From an uncultured Verrucomicrobiota bacterium (GTDB taxonomy: Bacteria > Verrucomicrobiota > Verrucomicrobiia > Limisphaerales > UBA8199): a stretch of 64,000 nucleotides of DNA. A program made the translations under genes and the position numbers. Numbering within the stretch: the stretch's first letter is position 1; the number at the start of each line of letters is the position of its first letter. Below, in pieces: positions 54,059 through 64,000 of this stretch. The stretch covers positions 5,001 through 69,000 of the forward strand of contig CAZUVM010000003.1 in NCBI GenBank assembly GCA_964623885.1. Direction: 5' to 3'. The notes beneath the pieces were generated by a model, which had not been told where the DNA came from, did no database searches, and saw only the letters and a program-made list of their open reading frames with translations.

Positions 54059-56404
54059 ATGAAACCATCCTCCCTGACTTTCGTTTCCTCCGCCCTGTGC
54101 ATCGCTGCCCTGTCTGCAATATTGCCGGCTCGAGCAGCTTCGCTTGTCGACAGCGTCGACCCAATGATCGGCGCGAGCACGAGCGTTGAGTATGGCGAAG
54201 GGAAAACCTTTCCCGGCGCGGCCACGCCGTTCGGGCTGGTGCAGCTGAGTCCTGACACAATTACCGGTGGCGACAATGGCCCAGGCTATTCGCATGAGCA
54301 CACGAGCATCGAGGGTTTCAGCTTTACGCATATGAGCGGGATCGGCTGGTACGGTGATCTGGGCAACTTTCTCGTGATGCCCACCACCGGCAAACTCAAA
54401 ACCGAACGCGGGGTGAAAGGTTCGGAAGACGGTTATCGCTCACGTTTCCGACATGAAACGGAGGTTGCGCAGGCTGGTTATTACGCCGCAACCTTGGACG
54501 ATTACAAAATCCGCGCCGAAGCGACCGCGGCACCGCACGCAGGTATCCTGCGATTCACCTTTCCCAAATCCGACCAGGCACGCATCCAAATTGACCTTGC
54601 CCGTCGTATCGGAGGAACTTCGACGAGACAATACGTCAAGGTGGTTGACGATCATACGATTCAAGGCTGGATGAAGTGTCCGCCGGAAGGCGGCGGTTGG
54701 GGCAACGGAGACGGCAAAGCAAACTACACGGCGTACTTCTACGCGCAGTTTAGCAAGCCGATCATTCAGTGTGGAATCTGGTCTGCTGAAATTCCCAAAG
54801 GCTGGCGACGCAAGCGGGAAGACATTGAGAGCAAGCGATACCGTGATGTCGTCGCCGCGGCAAAGATCATACCTGACTGCCGCGAGATGGAAGGCGACCA
54901 TCTTGGGTTCTATTCCGAGTTTTCAAGCAAGGAAGGAGAACAGGTGTTCCTCAAGGCAGGCATTTCTTTTGCCAGCGTGGAGGGCGCGAAACAAAATCTG
55001 GAACACGACATTACCGGCTGGAATTTCGATCACGTCCGGAGCAGCGCCAGAGCCCTTTGGGAGCGGGCCTTCGATGGCATCCGAATCAAAGGTGGCACCG
55101 AAGTCCAGCGGATCGCCTTCGCGACTGCACTTTATCACTCAATGTTGGATCCACGCGCTTATTCGGATGTCACGGGTGAATACACCGGCGCTGATGGCAA
55201 AATACATCGCGCCAATGGCTTTACCTATCGAACGGTTTTCAGCGGCTGGGATGTGTATCGAAGCCAGTTTCCGCTTCTGACCATCATCCGTCCGGATGTG
55301 GTAAACGATGAGGTGAATTCGTTAATGCAACAGGCCGAATTGAGTGGCAACGGTTACCTGGCCAGATGGGAGCTGGTCGCGGTCGAATCAGGATGCATGA
55401 TCGGCGACCCGGCAGTCTCCGTCTTCGCCGAGGCGTATCGGAAAGGAATCCGCGGTTACGACGTCAACAGAGCATACGAGCTTTGTCGTCAAACGGTTGA
55501 TCTCGATCGCGACAATGGCAATCACCGCCCGCAATACGAAAAACTTGGGTTTGCAGCCGGCAGCATTTCAGTGACATTGGAGGACGCCTACTTCGATTAT
55601 TGCGCGGGACGATTCGCCGAAGCACTTGGCCAAACGAAAGACGCTCGCCGCCTCATGCAACGGGCCTTGAACTATCGCAACATCTACGATCCGTCGGTTG
55701 GCAATATGCACGCGAAGAACGCGGATGGCTCATGGACCAGTTGGGAAGGCGCCACCAAACAGGGGCAAGGTTGTGTCGAGAGCAATCCCTATCAGCAAGG
55801 CTGGTTCGTGCCGCAGGATGTCGCGGGGTTGATAGACCTTATGGGCAAAGATTACTTCGTGAACTATCTCACGGAATTCTTCGAGAAAACGCCACTGACG
55901 TTCAAATGGAACGATTACTGTAACCACGCCAATGAACCGGTTCATCACGCGGCCTATCTTTTCACCTACGCCGGCAAGCCCTGGCTCTCTCAGAAGTGGG
56001 CGCGCATCATCATGGATCATGCCTACGGCGCGGGTGTGAAAGGCCTTTGCGGCAATGAAGACGTTGGTCAGATGTCCGCCTGGTACATTCTCAGCGCGAT
56101 CGGTTTTCACCCGGTTTCGCCGGTGGACGGGATCTACGTGGTCGGCAGTCCGTTGTTTGATGAAGTCACCCTTCGGCTCGATCCAAAGTATTACCCAAGC
56201 AAAACGTTCACGGTGAAATCCAGGAACAACTCCCCCGATAACATCTATGTGCAGTCGGCCACTCTGAACGGAAAGCCGCTGTCTCGCGCCTGGTTGCGCC
56301 ATGCCGAAGTGGGCAACGGCGGCACACTCGAGCTCGTCATGGGCCCAAAACCGAACGAGAAATGGAGTTCGGCGCCGGAAGACCTGCCGCCGCGCAATTA
56401 TTAA
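54059..56404 (+). CDS. GH92 alpha-mannosidase
   Basis: Signal peptide, then VDPMIGASTS...TFPGAATPFGLVQLSPDT, GFSFTHMSGIGW and NEPVHHAAYLFTYAGKPW, all characteristic of GH92. Confidence 0.92.
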   Translation: MKPSSLTFVSSALCIAALSAILPARAASLVDSVDPMIGASTSVEYGEGKTFPGAATPFGLVQLSPDTITGGDNGPGYSHEHTSIEGFSFTHMSGIGWYGDLGNFLVMPTTGKLKTERGVKGSEDGYRSRFRHETEVAQAGYYAATLDDYKIRAEATAAPHAGILRFTFPKSDQARIQIDLARRIGGTSTRQYVKVVDDHTIQGWMKCPPEGGGWGNGDGKANYTAYFYAQFSKPIIQCGIWSAEIPKGWRRKREDIESKRYRDVVAAAKIIPDCREMEGDHLGFYSEFSSKEGEQVFLKAGISFASVEGAKQNLEHDITGWNFDHVRSSARALWERAFDGIRIKGGTEVQRIAFATALYHSMLDPRAYSDVTGEYTGADGKIHRANGFTYRTVFSGWDVYRSQFPLLTIIRPDVVNDEVNSLMQQAELSGNGYLARWELVAVESGCMIGDPAVSVFAEAYRKGIRGYDVNRAYELCRQTVDLDRDNGNHRPQYEKLGFAAGSISVTLEDAYFDYCAGRFAEALGQTKDARRLMQRALNYRNIYDPSVGNMHAKNADGSWTSWEGATKQGQGCVESNPYQQGWFVPQDVAGLIDLMGKDYFVNYLTEFFEKTPLTFKWNDYCNHANEPVHHAAYLFTYAGKPWLSQKWARIIMDHAYGAGVKGLCGNEDVGQMSAWYILSAIGFHPVSPVDGIYVVGSPLFDEVTLRLDPKYYPSKTFTVKSRNNSPDNIYVQSATLNGKPLSRAWLRHAEVGNGGTLELVMGPKPNEKWSSAPEDLPPRNY

Positions 56405-56413
56405 TATCCGATC

Positions 56414-58999
56414 ATGAGTCTGCGGCGATTCTCGAAAGTTGGCTTAGCGGCAGCGCTTCTTTCGCTGATGGCCACGTACGATGTCCTGGCGCAAAAGGCC
56501 TGGTTCGCGGACGGTTATCATGGCGGGGTTTACGGGCATTACCCGCCCTCGTTCACGCAATTCATCGTGGACTCGCTCCAACAGCACCCGAACTGGAAAC
56601 TGAATTTAGAAATTGAACCGGAAACGTGGGATTTCGTTCGCACCAACACGCCCGAGGTTTACCAGGCCTTCTTGACCTTGGCCGGGGACCAAACTGCAAA
56701 AGGCAGGATCGAATTTGTAAACCCCGCATACGGGCAGTCGTACCTCTGGAACATTTCCGGCGAGAGCGTGATTCAGCAATTGACGCGCGGCATGGCAAAA
56801 GTGCGGGAGCATTTCCCCAACGCCGAGTTCAAAACTTATTGCTCCGAAGAACCGTGTTTCACGAGCGCGCTGCCCGGCATCCTGAGGTCGCTGGGCTTCC
56901 AGCAAGCCGTGCTGAAGAACCCGGACACGTGTTGGGGCGGCTACGTGCGGGCTTTCGGAGGCGAATTGGTGCATTGGACCGGCCCGGATGGAACGGCTAT
57001 TCGCACCGTGCCGCGTTACGCGATCGAGTCGCTCAAACCCGGGTCCACCTGGCAAACCATTGCCTTCGATGACTCCCCCACATACCTCAATGCCGCGTTG
57101 CAATCCGGAATTGAGAACCCCATCGGCATGTGCCTCCAGGATGCCGGTTGGCGAAACGGGCCGTGGCTGCACGACCGGCAGTGGGCATCTAAGCCGATTG
57201 AGTTCACAACCTGGAGGAATTATTTTGAGAATGTCGCCTCCCAAAAGCCTGCCCAGGACTGGAAGGTAACCCAGGAAGATATTCAAGTGAGTCTGGTCTG
57301 GGGCGCACAGGTGTTGCAGCGCGTTGCCCAACAGGTTCGCAGCGCAGAAAATCGCATCGTCATGGCTGAAAAGATGGCGACGCTCGCCAATGTTCTCGAA
57401 AAAAATGCGTGGCCGGGAGAACAACTCGACGAAGCTTGGCGCACCCTGATGCTCTCGCAGCATCATGATTGCTGGATCGTGCCTTACAACGGTCGACCTC
57501 ACAACACATGGGCGGACAAAGTGGCGGCTTGGACCTCTGGCGCTTGTACTGCCGCGAACGAAATCATTAATCGCTCAGCAACTGCTCTGGCTTCGGAGGG
57601 TAGCAATCATACGGCACTCGCGATTCGCGTTTTCAACACAATTGCAGCGGAACGTTCCGGTGTGATCAGCATTGCGCTCCCAGGCACCTGGTCAAATGCA
57701 CCGGCCAGAGTGTTAGATGCAGACGGGCGCGAAATCCCCTCCCAGCCAGCCGGCGATGAGCCCGGAAGTCTCGTGTTTCGAGCTAGCTCGCCTTCGCTCG
57801 GGTTCAATATGTATCGAATCGCAAAGGGTTCCGCATCGAAACAGAACACAGGAGCTTCCGTTACGCGTCAGCCAAACGGTCTGGTGCGATTGGACACCGA
57901 TTTGTATCGAATGATTTTGGATCCGGGAAAAGGCGGTGCGATTCAAAGCCTCATCGCAAAGAAATTAGGGAACCGCGAGCTTGTGGCTTCCAATGAGGAA
58001 AGGCGATTCAATGAGCTGCGTGGCTACTTTTTTGATCAGAAGCGCTTTTTCTCTACCGCTGATACTCCGGCCAAAATTGATGTTATTGAAAGCGGGCCTG
58101 TTCGTATTCGGCTGCAAATCACCGGACAGCTCGCGTCCAATTCCGTAGCGCAATGGATCACGCTCGCTCAAGGTGAGCCACGAATCGATTTCCGGGTGAA
58201 GATTGATTGGCAAGGCAAACCGCGTATCGGCGCGGATCCTGAACAATTCGGCAGGTTCCGTAACGAAGAGGATCGCCGGGCGTTCTACGATGATCGTTTC
58301 AAGTTGCTCGCGCTTTTCCCTGCGAATTTCCAACAACAACAGGTTTTCAAGGATGCGCCGTTTGATGTCACCGCCAGCACACTGACCAATACCTTTTTCG
58401 ATGCCTGGTCGGAGATTAAGAACAACATCATTCTACGCTGGGTCGACCTTTACGATCCTAGTAACCAAATCGGGCTTGCGCTCGTGACAGATCATACGAC
58501 GAGCTACGCGCACGGCTCCGACTTCCCGTTGGCTTTGACATTGCAATATGCGGGCGTCGGACTTTGGGGACGCGACTACTCCGTGCAAGGTCCGACTGAC
58601 GTGAACTATTCACTGCTGGTGCATCGCGGGAACTACGAGCAGGCGGGCATTTGGACAGCCAGCTGTTCCTGGAACGAGTCCTTGGTGGCACGCGTGGACG
58701 ATGGAGTTCCTGAGAGGTCGAGTGCCAGGTTTTCGCTTTTAACGATCGAAGGCGCGGAGTGGGAAGTGCCTACGATGCGCTGCGGTCACGACAGCCTCCA
58801 GATCCGACTCTTCAATCCTTCTTTCGACGCAGGGACAAAAACAGTTCGGTATCACGGAACAGCGTCCAAAGTTGAACTCGTTCGACTCAACGGTGATGTA
58901 ATCTGCCAACTACCTCTGCAAAAAACCAGTGCCGGAGATGTATCCTTCGAGCTCGCTCTGCCGAAGTTCGCAGTCCGCACGCTGCGGATTACCCCATGA
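56414..58999 (+). CDS. GH38-like alpha-mannosidase family protein
   Basis: Signal peptide. An N-terminal (beta/alpha)7-type region carries ADGYHGGVYGHYP. The central LMLSQHHDCWIV resembles the GH38 mid-domain QFHD motif. It starts 9 nt after GH92. Confidence 0.6.
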   Translation: MSLRRFSKVGLAAALLSLMATYDVLAQKAWFADGYHGGVYGHYPPSFTQFIVDSLQQHPNWKLNLEIEPETWDFVRTNTPEVYQAFLTLAGDQTAKGRIEFVNPAYGQSYLWNISGESVIQQLTRGMAKVREHFPNAEFKTYCSEEPCFTSALPGILRSLGFQQAVLKNPDTCWGGYVRAFGGELVHWTGPDGTAIRTVPRYAIESLKPGSTWQTIAFDDSPTYLNAALQSGIENPIGMCLQDAGWRNGPWLHDRQWASKPIEFTTWRNYFENVASQKPAQDWKVTQEDIQVSLVWGAQVLQRVAQQVRSAENRIVMAEKMATLANVLEKNAWPGEQLDEAWRTLMLSQHHDCWIVPYNGRPHNTWADKVAAWTSGACTAANEIINRSATALASEGSNHTALAIRVFNTIAAERSGVISIALPGTWSNAPARVLDADGREIPSQPAGDEPGSLVFRASSPSLGFNMYRIAKGSASKQNTGASVTRQPNGLVRLDTDLYRMILDPGKGGAIQSLIAKKLGNRELVASNEERRFNELRGYFFDQKRFFSTADTPAKIDVIESGPVRIRLQITGQLASNSVAQWITLAQGEPRIDFRVKIDWQGKPRIGADPEQFGRFRNEEDRRAFYDDRFKLLALFPANFQQQQVFKDAPFDVTASTLTNTFFDAWSEIKNNIILRWVDLYDPSNQIGLALVTDHTTSYAHGSDFPLALTLQYAGVGLWGRDYSVQGPTDVNYSLLVHRGNYEQAGIWTASCSWNESLVARVDDGVPERSSARFSLLTIEGAEWEVPTMRCGHDSLQIRLFNPSFDAGTKTVRYHGTASKVELVRLNGDVICQLPLQKTSAGDVSFELALPKFAVRTLRITP

Positions 59000-59040
59000 A
59001 CGCACGAGGCCGCGATCTTCTCAGCCATAACAATTCAGTT

Positions 59041-59196
59041 GAACAGGAGATAACAGAGGGAACAGAGACATAAACACGGGTCCAAATGCTTCTTTCGACG
59101 TGTGGATTAACGATCACTGCAGGGTGATCACTCTTGCTCCCAGCCACATCCAGGCAAGATCCTAATCGTCTCTGTTTGCTCTGTTTCCTCCTGTTC
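59041..59196. repeat. Family D inverted-repeat module (arms GAACAGGAGATAACAGAGGGAACAGAGAC / inverse) with 98-nt spacer
   Basis: The left arm (59041-59069) and the reverse complement of the right arm (59168-59196) match at 25 of 29 positions. The module lies between convergent genes. Confidence 0.8.
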
Positions 59197-59215
59197 CGTT
59201 CTGAATACTAACGGC

Positions 59216-60124
59216 TCAGTCTTTCAGGTTCACACTCAGCTTCTGCCACGCGGCCATGGAACGCGCGAGATGTTCACGGGCATCACCGCCGATGCCATAG
59301 CACTGGAGACCAATTGGGCCTTTGTACCCAAGTTCCTTTAGGGTCTTGAGCAGCTTGCCTACATCGAAGCTGCCTTGGTCGAGCGGTTGGATGTAGTGTG
59401 CCCAGCCCGGTTTATCGTCAAAGTTGTCCGCGCCGTTGATCGAAACGGCCCAGAGCCGCGGCATGGCCAGCTTGAGCAGAGGCCGGTAGTCGCGGCTTGT
59501 GTCCACGCGCAGCCAGTGGCACAAGTTAAACATCACACCGACGTTCGGACGATTCACCTTGTCGGCTACGCGCACCGAGTCCTCTATGCGCTCAACCCAA
59601 TTATTCTGATGCGGGTACAGCAGCAACTGCGCTCCCGAGTCCCTGGCCTGGTCCGACATTTCGCGCAGAATCTCAACCGCGTGCGGATCGATGGAAGGGT
59701 CAGACGATTTCGCGCCACCGAGCAATAGACAGAACTGCACATGGCGGCCTTTGATGAGCGCACAGACTTCCTTGAAACGGTTCGTATCATAAGGCGCCTT
59801 GCCTGGCGAAACGTCGACCACCATCGTTATCTGAAACAGTTTCAAGCCGGCGGCGTCGAGTGACTTGATGCGTTCTTCGACTTTGTCCAGCCAGATGTGG
59901 CCGACTCCCGGATAACCCAATTCCTTGAGCATCTCGGCTTGCTGCTCGAAATTGCGTTTCTTCGCATCGTGCCAATCAATGCAGAAGGGGAAGAATGGGT
60001 AGTCACTCAGCCCGGCGGCGCTGGCGTTTTGGGAAGGCGCACTCGCAGGAACATCGGCCGCGGACAACTCAACGGCAAATGATAAGACAGCCAGAGCAAC
60101 CGCCACTAGAGTTCTTTTCGACAT
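59216..60124 (-). CDS. Exported xylose-isomerase-like TIM-barrel protein
   Basis: ATG 60124 gives the signal peptide MSKRTLVAVALAVLSFAVELSAAD. The body resembles sugar phosphate isomerase/epimerase family proteins (VMFNLCHW...). Confidence 0.75.
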   Translation of the reverse strand: MSKRTLVAVALAVLSFAVELSAADVPASAPSQNASAAGLSDYPFFPFCIDWHDAKKRNFEQQAEMLKELGYPGVGHIWLDKVEERIKSLDAAGLKLFQITMVVDVSPGKAPYDTNRFKEVCALIKGRHVQFCLLLGGAKSSDPSIDPHAVEILREMSDQARDSGAQLLLYPHQNNWVERIEDSVRVADKVNRPNVGVMFNLCHWLRVDTSRDYRPLLKLAMPRLWAVSINGADNFDDKPGWAHYIQPLDQGSFDVGKLLKTLKELGYKGPIGLQCYGIGGDAREHLARSMAAWQKLSVNLKD

Positions 60125-60178
60125 AGTGGTCAGCTTGTAACTGGCCGCTGGAAAGGGCAATTCGAAAGCGCGGGATGC

Positions 60179-61669
60179 TTAGAAATTCAACTGGGCCTGG
60201 ACATAGACCCAGTTCGCGTCATGCGCACCGCCGAGATTTTGGAAGGTTTGATTCACGTAATCGCCAGTGAAGTAGTGGCCAAAGCCGACCTGAGCTTGTG
60301 CGAATCGCCAGGGTTGATACGTGGCGACCAGGTCGACCTCCTGACCGGCAAAGCTACCGTTCTGGGGGTGAATCCCGTACCCTCCCGTAGTGCGCGGCAC
60401 CTGGTTGACCTGGTAAAAAAAGTCACTCGTGCTCGCCAGCCAGAAGGCGTTGTAGGTGAGGGCCACTGAGCAGTTCTTTAATGGAACGATGCTCGCTTTG
60501 AAGTACGGATCCAGCAGGTTCTGCCACGAGAGCAGATCCATCGCGCCGTAGAATTTGTGATTGGTCGGATAGAGATTAACAAATGTGTTATGTTCCTTGT
60601 CGTTGGGGTTGCCGTCAGCGGAAGCGTAATCAAAACCCAATGCCAGGCGTGGCTTCAGGTCGGTTTTGGTGAAAGTGTAACCTCCTTCGATGTGAGTTGC
60701 ATAGGCTCGCTGCTCCAGCCGTTGACCATTTACAACGCCCGGAGTACCGGGGGCATACTCGAAATCGCCAAACTGACCCGCGAATTCACCGTTTAAGTCC
60801 CAGCCATGAAGCTGGCCGGGGAGTGTCTGGAAGCGCGACCCTATAGTGTAAATGTCCCGCGGGGAATTCCCCTTACCGTAGGTTGTGACCACTTTGGGTG
60901 AGCTCGCGCTCGCATTGTCAGCCAGGAAGTAAAGCTGCAGCTCGGTCTTTGGCACCAGCGCCCGTGTCGAGCCATAGACGCCGGAAAACCAATCGTACCA
61001 GTTCGCCTGGTCAAATTCATTGTCATTTGGAATCACCACGCGTCCGGTAAATGCGTCCACCCAGAAATCACCGTGGTCGTAGCGCAGTTTTGCGGCGTCG
61101 AACACCCGGCCGTTGTTGTCCCAGTCGAACGCTCCGACCAGGCGCTCGTCGCCATAGGAAAGCTCCTGCCGGCCGACTTTGAGCGAGAGTGGCACGTCAT
61201 TCCAGCCGCCGAGCTGGACATACCCCTGGTGCAGATCAAAAGGACCATTGGATTGGGTATTGGGGTTACGGCTGTCACCGGTGGAGGAACTATTTTGTCC
61301 CTCGCCAAAAATTGTCAACCAATCGGTCGGCGAATACCCGGCGTGGACGCGAGTGCGGAGGAGGAGGAAATCATTGTCGCTGACCGGAGTATTTGCGCGA
61401 AAATCTACCGCTGTGGCGCCGGCGCCAGGCACGGCGAAATAAGTCTGGTCCACAAAACGGGCGCGGAATTGGGCACCCAGATCGAAGCTGTTGAACAACG
61501 AATCCTGCTGGCGCAGCCAATCGTTAAAAAGACCTGCGCTTGGGGCGGGCGCCGGCGATGGCGCAGACGGCGGAGGGGCATTGAGGGTTTGAGCCGTCAC
61601 CGTGGCAATTCCCACCGCGAGCAGCGCAGCCATTATGAATAGAGCAGGTTGGTTCGATTTGTTCGTCAT
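60179..61669 (-). CDS. Outer-membrane beta-barrel porin, alginate-export (AlgE-like) family
   Basis: Signal peptide, alternating amphipathic beta-strand pattern throughout, and the terminal ...YVQAQLNF aromatic residue typical of OMPs. FRARFV...DWLTIFGEG resembles the Alginate_exp family. Confidence 0.75.
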   Translation of the reverse strand: MTNKSNQPALFIMAALLAVGIATVTAQTLNAPPPSAPSPAPAPSAGLFNDWLRQQDSLFNSFDLGAQFRARFVDQTYFAVPGAGATAVDFRANTPVSDNDFLLLRTRVHAGYSPTDWLTIFGEGQNSSSTGDSRNPNTQSNGPFDLHQGYVQLGGWNDVPLSLKVGRQELSYGDERLVGAFDWDNNGRVFDAAKLRYDHGDFWVDAFTGRVVIPNDNEFDQANWYDWFSGVYGSTRALVPKTELQLYFLADNASASSPKVVTTYGKGNSPRDIYTIGSRFQTLPGQLHGWDLNGEFAGQFGDFEYAPGTPGVVNGQRLEQRAYATHIEGGYTFTKTDLKPRLALGFDYASADGNPNDKEHNTFVNLYPTNHKFYGAMDLLSWQNLLDPYFKASIVPLKNCSVALTYNAFWLASTSDFFYQVNQVPRTTGGYGIHPQNGSFAGQEVDLVATYQPWRFAQAQVGFGHYFTGDYVNQTFQNLGGAHDANWVYVQAQLNF

Positions 61670-61688
61670 TTAAGTTGTCAGGCTCAGG

Positions 61689-62189
61689 TTAAGACAGATG
61701 AAGCTGTTTGGTATTGACCCTTGTCAATATATTGCCCGCTTGGAGGAACCCACTGGTCAGGATTCGCGCCCTTAAACCACCGCGTCCTTGCAGCCAATGC
61801 TCGGCTCCCGAACCCAGCGCGGAGTCCATCCAGTAACACGGCTTGCATTCCTCAACGCCGAGAAACCGGATGCCGTCGATTTCGAATTCGCAGTCGATCA
61901 GATCCGACAATTCAACGCCTTCGAGCAATACGTTGCGTCGCGTGGCCGAGGGTTGGGCCAGGGGCAGGTTCAGCTCCCGTCGCAGCGCCTCGAAGATTTC
62001 GGACGAAAAGAAAGTGATCTGTCCTTTGTAATTATCCCGATAATCAAAAAAACGATCACCCTTGACGCCGCGGCCGGCAACACACTCGATCGAGCTGACT
62101 TCAACGGCGGGGTGGCGCCCCACTGGCTGGTCGTGATGACCGAAGAAGTTGTGACCCGGTGAAATGAACAGTTTGCGGACGCTGATCAT
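61689..62189 (-). CDS. MOSC-domain protein
   Basis: 166 aa. [10 protein letters not shown] and the invariant Cys context [11 protein letters not shown] are typical of MOSC domains. It has an ATGA overlap with the nitrate reductase stop. Confidence 0.8.
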   Translation of the reverse strand: MISVRKLFISPGHNFFGHHDQPVGRHPAVEVSSIECVAGRGVKGDRFFDYRDNYKGQITFFSSEIFEALRRELNLPLAQPSATRRNVLLEGVELSDLIDCEFEIDGIRFLGVEECKPCYWMDSALGSGAEHWLQGRGGLRARILTSGFLQAGNILTRVNTKQLHLS

Positions 62190-64000
62190 GTCTTTACATT
62201 AAGCGGCTGGAACCCTGCAGGACTCACGTTCACAGCGCAAGCTTTGTAAGCTGGCTGCCCGGAGTAAGGATCGAATGAGGCTAAGGTGAGCCGATTGGCT
62301 TCCACAACATGCATGGGGATGAAGACCTGTCCCCGCGGAATGGTTTGGGTGATAAAAGCACTCGCCAGCACTGAACCACGCCGCGAGGCGACTTGGACCT
62401 TGGTGCCGGGCTCAATGCTCAGGCGCCCGGCGTCAAACGGGTTGAGCTCCAAATACACGGCCTCCGGGCGCAGCTTGCGGAGCACCGCCGACTTTTCCGT
62501 GCGCGTGCCGGTATGCCACTGTGCGGCGCTACCCCTTCCGGTAAGCAGTAAAAAAGGAAACTCGGCATCAGGTTTCTCCGGCAAAGATTGCGGCGCTTCG
62601 AATATGAATCGGGCTTTGCCGTCGTCGTGAAAGAACCGGCCATCTTCAAACAAGCGGCGTGGTACTGACGGATCAATCGGTGCTATTGCATATAGGGGCG
62701 GCGCGTCGGCGTTCAAGAGTGCCGGGCCGTGCTGCGGCATCTGCAGGTTGGAAACCTGCGATGAGGCAGACTCTGAGGACTGCGCTACTTGTGCTGGCGG
62801 TCCATTGGACTGTGGGAACGGCCACTGGATTCCGCCGGCGACGTCGAGGGCGGCATAATTCTCGATGCCGGAAATATCGCAGGGCTGGCCGCGCGAGACC
62901 TCTTTGAGAATATCAAACACGGCCTCGGGCGATTTCCAATGGCGGAACAGAGGAGCGCAGCCCCAGGACCAGGCAAGAAGCTGAAAGATGTGAAAATCGG
63001 CCAGTGCATTGCCGGGCGCTCGAGCGACCTTTTTGACATGGCCGAGCCGGCGTTCCGAATTGATAAAGGTGCCTTCCTTTTCACCCCAACCCGCCGCCGG
63101 CAGCAGCAAGTCGGCCTGGCGGACGGTTTCGGAGCTGGTAAACATGTCCTGAACCACAAGGAAATCGAGTTTGTCCAGCGAACGACGGAAAGCTTCCTGG
63201 TCGCTCCAGGAGTGAGCCGGATTGGTTCCCACAATCCAGAGGCCGCGAATTGTCCCACGGTCGATTTCTTCAACAATCCTATGGTAAGGCCAGGAGTTTC
63301 GGTCTGGAATCCGGGAGGGATCCATATCCAGGATCCGGGCCACTTTCTCGCGATGGCCGCGATTTTCAAAATCGTGACCGCCCAGGAGATTCGTTGTATT
63401 GGAGAAAAGACGCGAGCCCATGGCGTTGCACTGGCCGGTGATAGAGTTAGCGCCTGTGCCGGGACGTCCGATGTTACCGGTCATGAGCGCAAGGTTGATA
63501 ATGGCCTGCGCGGTGCGGGTTGCCTGGTGGCTTTGATTAACCCCCATCGTCCACCAGAACGAAACCCGCCGGCCGGCGTGGATTACCTCGGCCAGGCTTT
63601 GCAGTTGTTCGCACGTCAGGCCGGTTGAAGCTGCCACTACCTCCAGAGTGAACTGAGTTACAAATTCCTTGAAAGCCTGGAAACCTGTCGTGTGGTGGGC
63701 AATATACTTCTGGTCGATCCAATTCTTGCTAGAGAGGATTTGCGCCAGGCCGTAAAGCAGGGTGAGATCGGATTTGGGCTGAATGGCGTAATGCCGTGTA
63801 GCCGCCATGGCCGTTTCCGTTTTCCGCGGATCAATAACGATGATCTCGGGACGATTTTTATTTCTCAATACGCGTTGCCACAATATTGGATGGGCCACGC
63901 AAAGGTTCGAGCCGATGAAGATCAGCACGTCTGACTCTTCAAAATCGACATAAGCATAAGGAGGCGCGTCGAACCCGAATGACTCCTTGTAAGCTGTTAC
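62186..64000 (-). CDS. nasA: Assimilatory nitrate reductase catalytic subunit (molybdopterin oxidoreductase), N-terminus outside window
   Basis: Molybdopterin oxidoreductase and MopB C-terminal dinucleotide-binding regions ([17 protein letters not shown]; ITGQCNAMG; [14 protein letters not shown]). The frame stays open from 63929 to 64000 ([24 protein letters not shown]), so the track Met at 63928 is an internal GTG. Confidence 0.88.
   Translation of the reverse strand, partial: VTAYKESFGFDAPPYAYVDFEESDVLIFIGSNLCVAHPILWQRVLRNKNRPEIIVIDPRKTETAMAATRHYAIQPKSDLTLLYGLAQILSSKNWIDQKYIAHHTTGFQAFKEFVTQFTLEVVAASTGLTCEQLQSLAEVIHAGRRVSFWWTMGVNQSHQATRTAQAIINLALMTGNIGRPGTGANSITGQCNAMGSRLFSNTTNLLGGHDFENRGHREKVARILDMDPSRIPDRNSWPYHRIVEEIDRGTIRGLWIVGTNPAHSWSDQEAFRRSLDKLDFLVVQDMFTSSETVRQADLLLPAAGWGEKEGTFINSERRLGHVKKVARAPGNALADFHIFQLLAWSWGCAPLFRHWKSPEAVFDILKEVSRGQPCDISGIENYAALDVAGGIQWPFPQSNGPPAQVAQSSESASSQVSNLQMPQHGPALLNADAPPLYAIAPIDPSVPRRLFEDGRFFHDDGKARFIFEAPQSLPEKPDAEFPFLLLTGRGSAAQWHTGTRTEKSAVLRKLRPEAVYLELNPFDAGRLSIEPGTKVQVASRRGSVLASAFITQTIPRGQVFIPMHVVEANRLTLASFDPYSGQPAYKACAVNVSPAGFQPLNVKT

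Noticed and set aside
1-64000. Search for tRNA, rRNA, CRISPR arrays, transposases, integrases, phage genes, toxin-antitoxin pairs and known defence-system genes.
   Set aside because: None was recognised in any intergenic region or ORF. The palindromic elements carry no coding capacity, so they are reported as repeats and not as autonomous mobile elements.

Overview
This 64-kb window is moderately GC-rich chromosomal DNA, densely coding on both strands with about 40 CDS. I found no rRNA, tRNA, CRISPR array, transposase, integrase or phage genes. By inference it comes from a PVC-superphylum organism, most likely a polysaccharide-degrading Verrucomicrobiota. The evidence is a PEP-CTERM tail, prepilin-type H-X9-DG-like proteins, giant LamG/Ig secreted proteins, many glycoside hydrolases and several intergenic palindromic repeat families.

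Recognisable blocks:
1. 1-7 kb: housekeeping and miscellaneous genes (receiver proteins, Sel1-repeat protein, amidase, Smr protein, TIM-barrel isomerase).
2. 7.5-14.7 kb: a POT peptide transporter convergent with a tightly coupled trans-4-hydroxyproline catabolic operon (AraC/PAS regulator, DapA-like deaminase, Cys/Cys epimerase, D-hydroxyproline dehydrogenase with fused 2Fe-2S and FAD subunits).
3. 17.7-30 kb: a 1705-aa LamG/Ig protein, a pseudopilin-like gene, a DPP-IV-type S9 peptidase and a GH51 arabinofuranosidase carrying nested tandem jelly-roll insertions.
4. 31.6-35 kb: a GH-A-like hydrolase translationally coupled to a PL1 pectate lyase.
5. 36-45 kb: a second locus with a pseudopilin, a PEP-CTERM protein and LamG proteins.
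6. 45.5-60 kb: a mannoside/N-glycan-type locus (GntR, SASA esterase fusion, GH92, GH38-like, PMI-like).
7. 60-64 kb: porin, MOSC and assimilatory nitrate reductase (partial).

Most interesting observations:
- A shared ~60-aa C-terminal tail ending F[FY]R[LV] on four unrelated secreted proteins.
- Repeated pairing of LamG surface proteins with pseudopilin-like genes.
- Four families of REP/MITE-like palindromes, one of which sits in frame at the 5' end of a CDS.

All functional calls come from motif recognition by eye; no database search was run.
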